A stretch of 63,772 bases of DNA, filler included, from Chiloscyllium plagiosum (Eukaryota), in NCBI RefSeq assembly GCF_004010195.1. It is 4 parts of 2 records of this genome, joined end to end, with 100 filler letters (N's around TTAATTAATTAA, not from the genome) between each part and the next. Parts side by side here need not be neighbours in the genome. Positions count along the whole stretch, not along the records: positions 61,297 to 63,772 come from NC_057712.1; 3 more parts are not named here. The stretch is one strand, 5' to 3'. A program made the position numbers and the translations under genes. The notes under the pieces are model-generated. The model was not told where the DNA came from. It worked only from the letters and a program-made list of their open reading frames with translations, and made no database searches. Each line of letters starts with the position of its first letter. Within the stretch, counting starts at the first letter, position 1. Below, piece after piece: positions 61,297 through 63,772 of the stretch.

Positions 61297-63620
61297 AAAA
61301 CGAATAGAATTATGGTCGCTGGCCCCAAAGTGCTCCCCCATTGACACCTCAGTCCCTTGCTCTGCCTTATTTCCCAAGAGTAGCTCAAGTTTTGCACCTT
61401 CTCTAGTAGGTACATTCACATACTGAATCAGAAAATTGCCTTGTACGCACTTAAGAAATTCCTCTCCATCTAAACCTTTAACACTATGGCAGTCCCAAAC
61501 GATGTTTGGAAAGTTAAAATCCCCTACCATAACTACCCTAGTATTCTTACAGATGGCTGAGATCGCCTTACAAGTTTGTTTCTCAATTTCCCTCTGACGA
61601 TTAGGGGGTCTGTAATACAATGCCAATAAGGTGATCATCCCTTTCTTATTTCTCAGTTCCACCTAAATAACTTCCCTGGATGTGTCTCTGGGAATATCCT
61701 CCCTCAGTACAGCTGTAATGCTATCCCTTATCAAAAATGCCACTTCCCTTCCTCTCTTGCCTCCCTTTCTATCCTTCCTGTGTCCTGGAACATTAAACTG
61801 CCAGTCCTGCCCATCCCTGAGCCATGTTTCTGTAATTGCTATGATATCCCAGTCCCATGTTGCTAACCATGCCCTCAGTTCAACTGCCTTCCCTGTTAGG
61901 TTCCTTGCAAAGAAATAAATGCAGTTTAATTTATTAGTCCTAACCATGTCCTTGCCTGCCCTGACTGTTTGATTCACTTCTGTTCTCAACTGTACCAGTC
62001 CCAGATTGATCTCTTTCCTCACTATCTACCTGGGTCCCACTGCCCCCCCATCTTACTAGTTTAAATCCTCCCAAGCAGGTCTAGCAAATTTCCCTGCCAG
62101 TATGTTAGTCCCCTTCCAATTTAGGTGCAATCTGTTCTTCCTGTACAGGTCACTTCTACTCCAAAAGAGATTCCAATGATCCAAAAATGTGAATCCTTTT
62201 CCCATACACCAGCTCCTCAGCCATGCATTCATCTGCTCTCTCCTCCTACTCCTGCCCTCACTAGCTCGTAGCACTGGGAGTAATCCAGATATTACTACCC
62301 TTGAGGACCTCCTTTTTAAATTTCTGCCTAACTCTCTGTAATCTCCCTTCAGAATCTCAACCTTTTCCCTTGCTGTATTGTTGGTTCCAATGTGGATGAT
62401 GACCTCTTGCTGGCCCCTCTCCCCCGTGAGATCATTCTGCAGCCTCTCTGAGACATCCTTGATCCTGGCACCAGGGAAACAACACACCATTCTGCTTTTT
62501 CTCTGCTGGCCACAGAAACGTCTGTCTGTACTTTGGACTACAGAATCTCCTAACACGATTGATCTTTTGGAAGCCGACCTACCCCTCGTTGCATTAGAGC
62601 CAGTCTCAATATCAGAAACTTGGCTGCTCGTGCTACGTTCCCCTGAGAATCTGTCATCCCCTACATTTTCCAAAACAGCATACCTGTTTGAAATAGGTAT
62701 ATCCACAAAAGACTCCTGCCCTAGGTGCCGACCTCTCTTACCCTTCCTGGAGTTAATCCATCTATGTGACTTTATCTGAGACATCATCTCCCCCCGCCTA
62801 TAACTGTCATCCATCACAATCTGTTGCTGTTGCAAATTCCTCATCGCTTCTATCTGTCTCTCCAACCGATCCACTCGATCTGATAAGATTCGCATCCAAC
62901 AGCATTTATGGCAGATATAATCCGCAGTAACCCTTAAACTCTCTTTAAACTCCCACCTCTAACAAGAAGTACATATCACTGCAAAGGCCATTTTTGCTCC
63001 TTCACAATCTACATTCCCAGAAAATAACACTGTCTTATTTCTCTACAAAACACTGCACCAAGTTAAATTAAGAGCTATGGCTTATATTTTAAATTTAATC
63101 AAGAGACTTATCTCCAAAAACATACAATCCAGAAAGAACCTACTGTACTCACTAATACAGCCTTTCTCTTGGACAGACTTAAAACAACAATTAACTTATC
63201 TGATTCTGTGAACTTCGCCCAAACCGGTTCCTCCAAGATTAGTTGTGAAATTCACTGCTTGTTAATTTTCCCAGATGCACTCCAATGTCCAGCGACACAT
63301 GAATTCAAAAACAGCAAAGGCAGTAACTCTGCATGTTTATTCTCTTTTGTTTTTTTTTCTCTCTCTCTCTGTCCCTCTCTCTCTCTCCTGCACTGACCTC
63401 ACCATGTGCTTCCTTTGCCTGCTCTTCTCCCTTTTAAAACTGCTGTTGTTTTGACTTTTTTTTTCCAAAGTTCCAAAACAATGCAATAGCATTTAAAACA
63501 TTAATTGCTGCTCCTAGAATTCAAGGAAATCACCTCCAGGCACCTAAAATACCTCAAAAAAAGGAGCAGCTCTTACAGACAGAAATTTTTCCTGTCCTCC
63601 ATCTTGGATTACTCAGAATC
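61297..63620 (-). mobile_element. CR1 5' half: 5' UTR, ORF1 and APE domain of ORF2
   Basis: ORF2 LNCIYFFARNL..IAITETW, YYRPP, VGDFN, SDHN; ORF1 upstream; UTR boundary approximate. Confidence 0.9.
62056..62991 (-). pseudogene. CR1 ORF1: Cys-rich N-terminus, coiled coil, SGNH-esterase-like domain
   Basis: ATG at 62991 in frame with ORF 62056-62895; CTSC*..ICHKC, one TAG at 62959-62961; IVLGDS, FPGA, HIGTN, RLHLN. Confidence 0.85.
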
Positions 63621-63687
63621 CTACATTACTCCATAGACTTTGCTGACAACTTCCACCCTGCCCTCAAATTCACTTGGTCTATGTTAG

Positions 63688-63689
<2 letters not shown>

Positions 63690-63730
<41 letters not shown>
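63690..63730. repeat. (CT)n microsatellite within an old Penelope RT remnant
   Basis: ~20 CT units; upstream 63642-63680 reads NFHPALKFTW. Confidence 0.9.
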
Positions 63731-63734
<4 letters not shown>

Positions 63735-63772
63735 CTATCTGAAATTCTGTTAATGAAGTGTCACTTGCACAC

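Overview
Eukaryotic, repeat-dense, essentially non-genic DNA from a cartilaginous fish, most likely a shark. The taxon call rests on HE1/V-SINE-type tRNA-derived SINEs with CR1-derived tails and abundant CR1/HER1-like LINEs. No intact host gene is recognisable. Nearly all listed ORFs are decayed transposon pieces, minisatellite read-through or N-run artefacts. Main contents: (1) a two-LTR Gypsy-family retrotransposon (907-9326) with the atypical Gmr1-type order PR-IN-RT-RH, nested in a CR1 and itself carrying CR1, Penelope and SINE insertions; (2) two related solo LTRs; (3) many CR1 fragments; (4) Penelope-like elements (RT + GIY-YIG) and numerous short fold-back Penelope-derived insertions with 13-16 bp target duplications and minimal hammerhead-ribozyme-like motifs; (5) a near full-length decayed L1-clade LINE; (6) fossil hAT and PIF/Harbinger (transposase and Myb/SANT) DNA transposons; (7) two minisatellites. 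Three 100-bp N44-TTAATTAATTAA-N44 spacers are artificial joins, so the window is four pieces whose adjacency is unverified. A few splice-bounded segments in unique sequence may be small host exons (low confidence). All family names come from motif recognition by eye, not database searches, and boundaries are approximate unless TSDs or termini are quoted.
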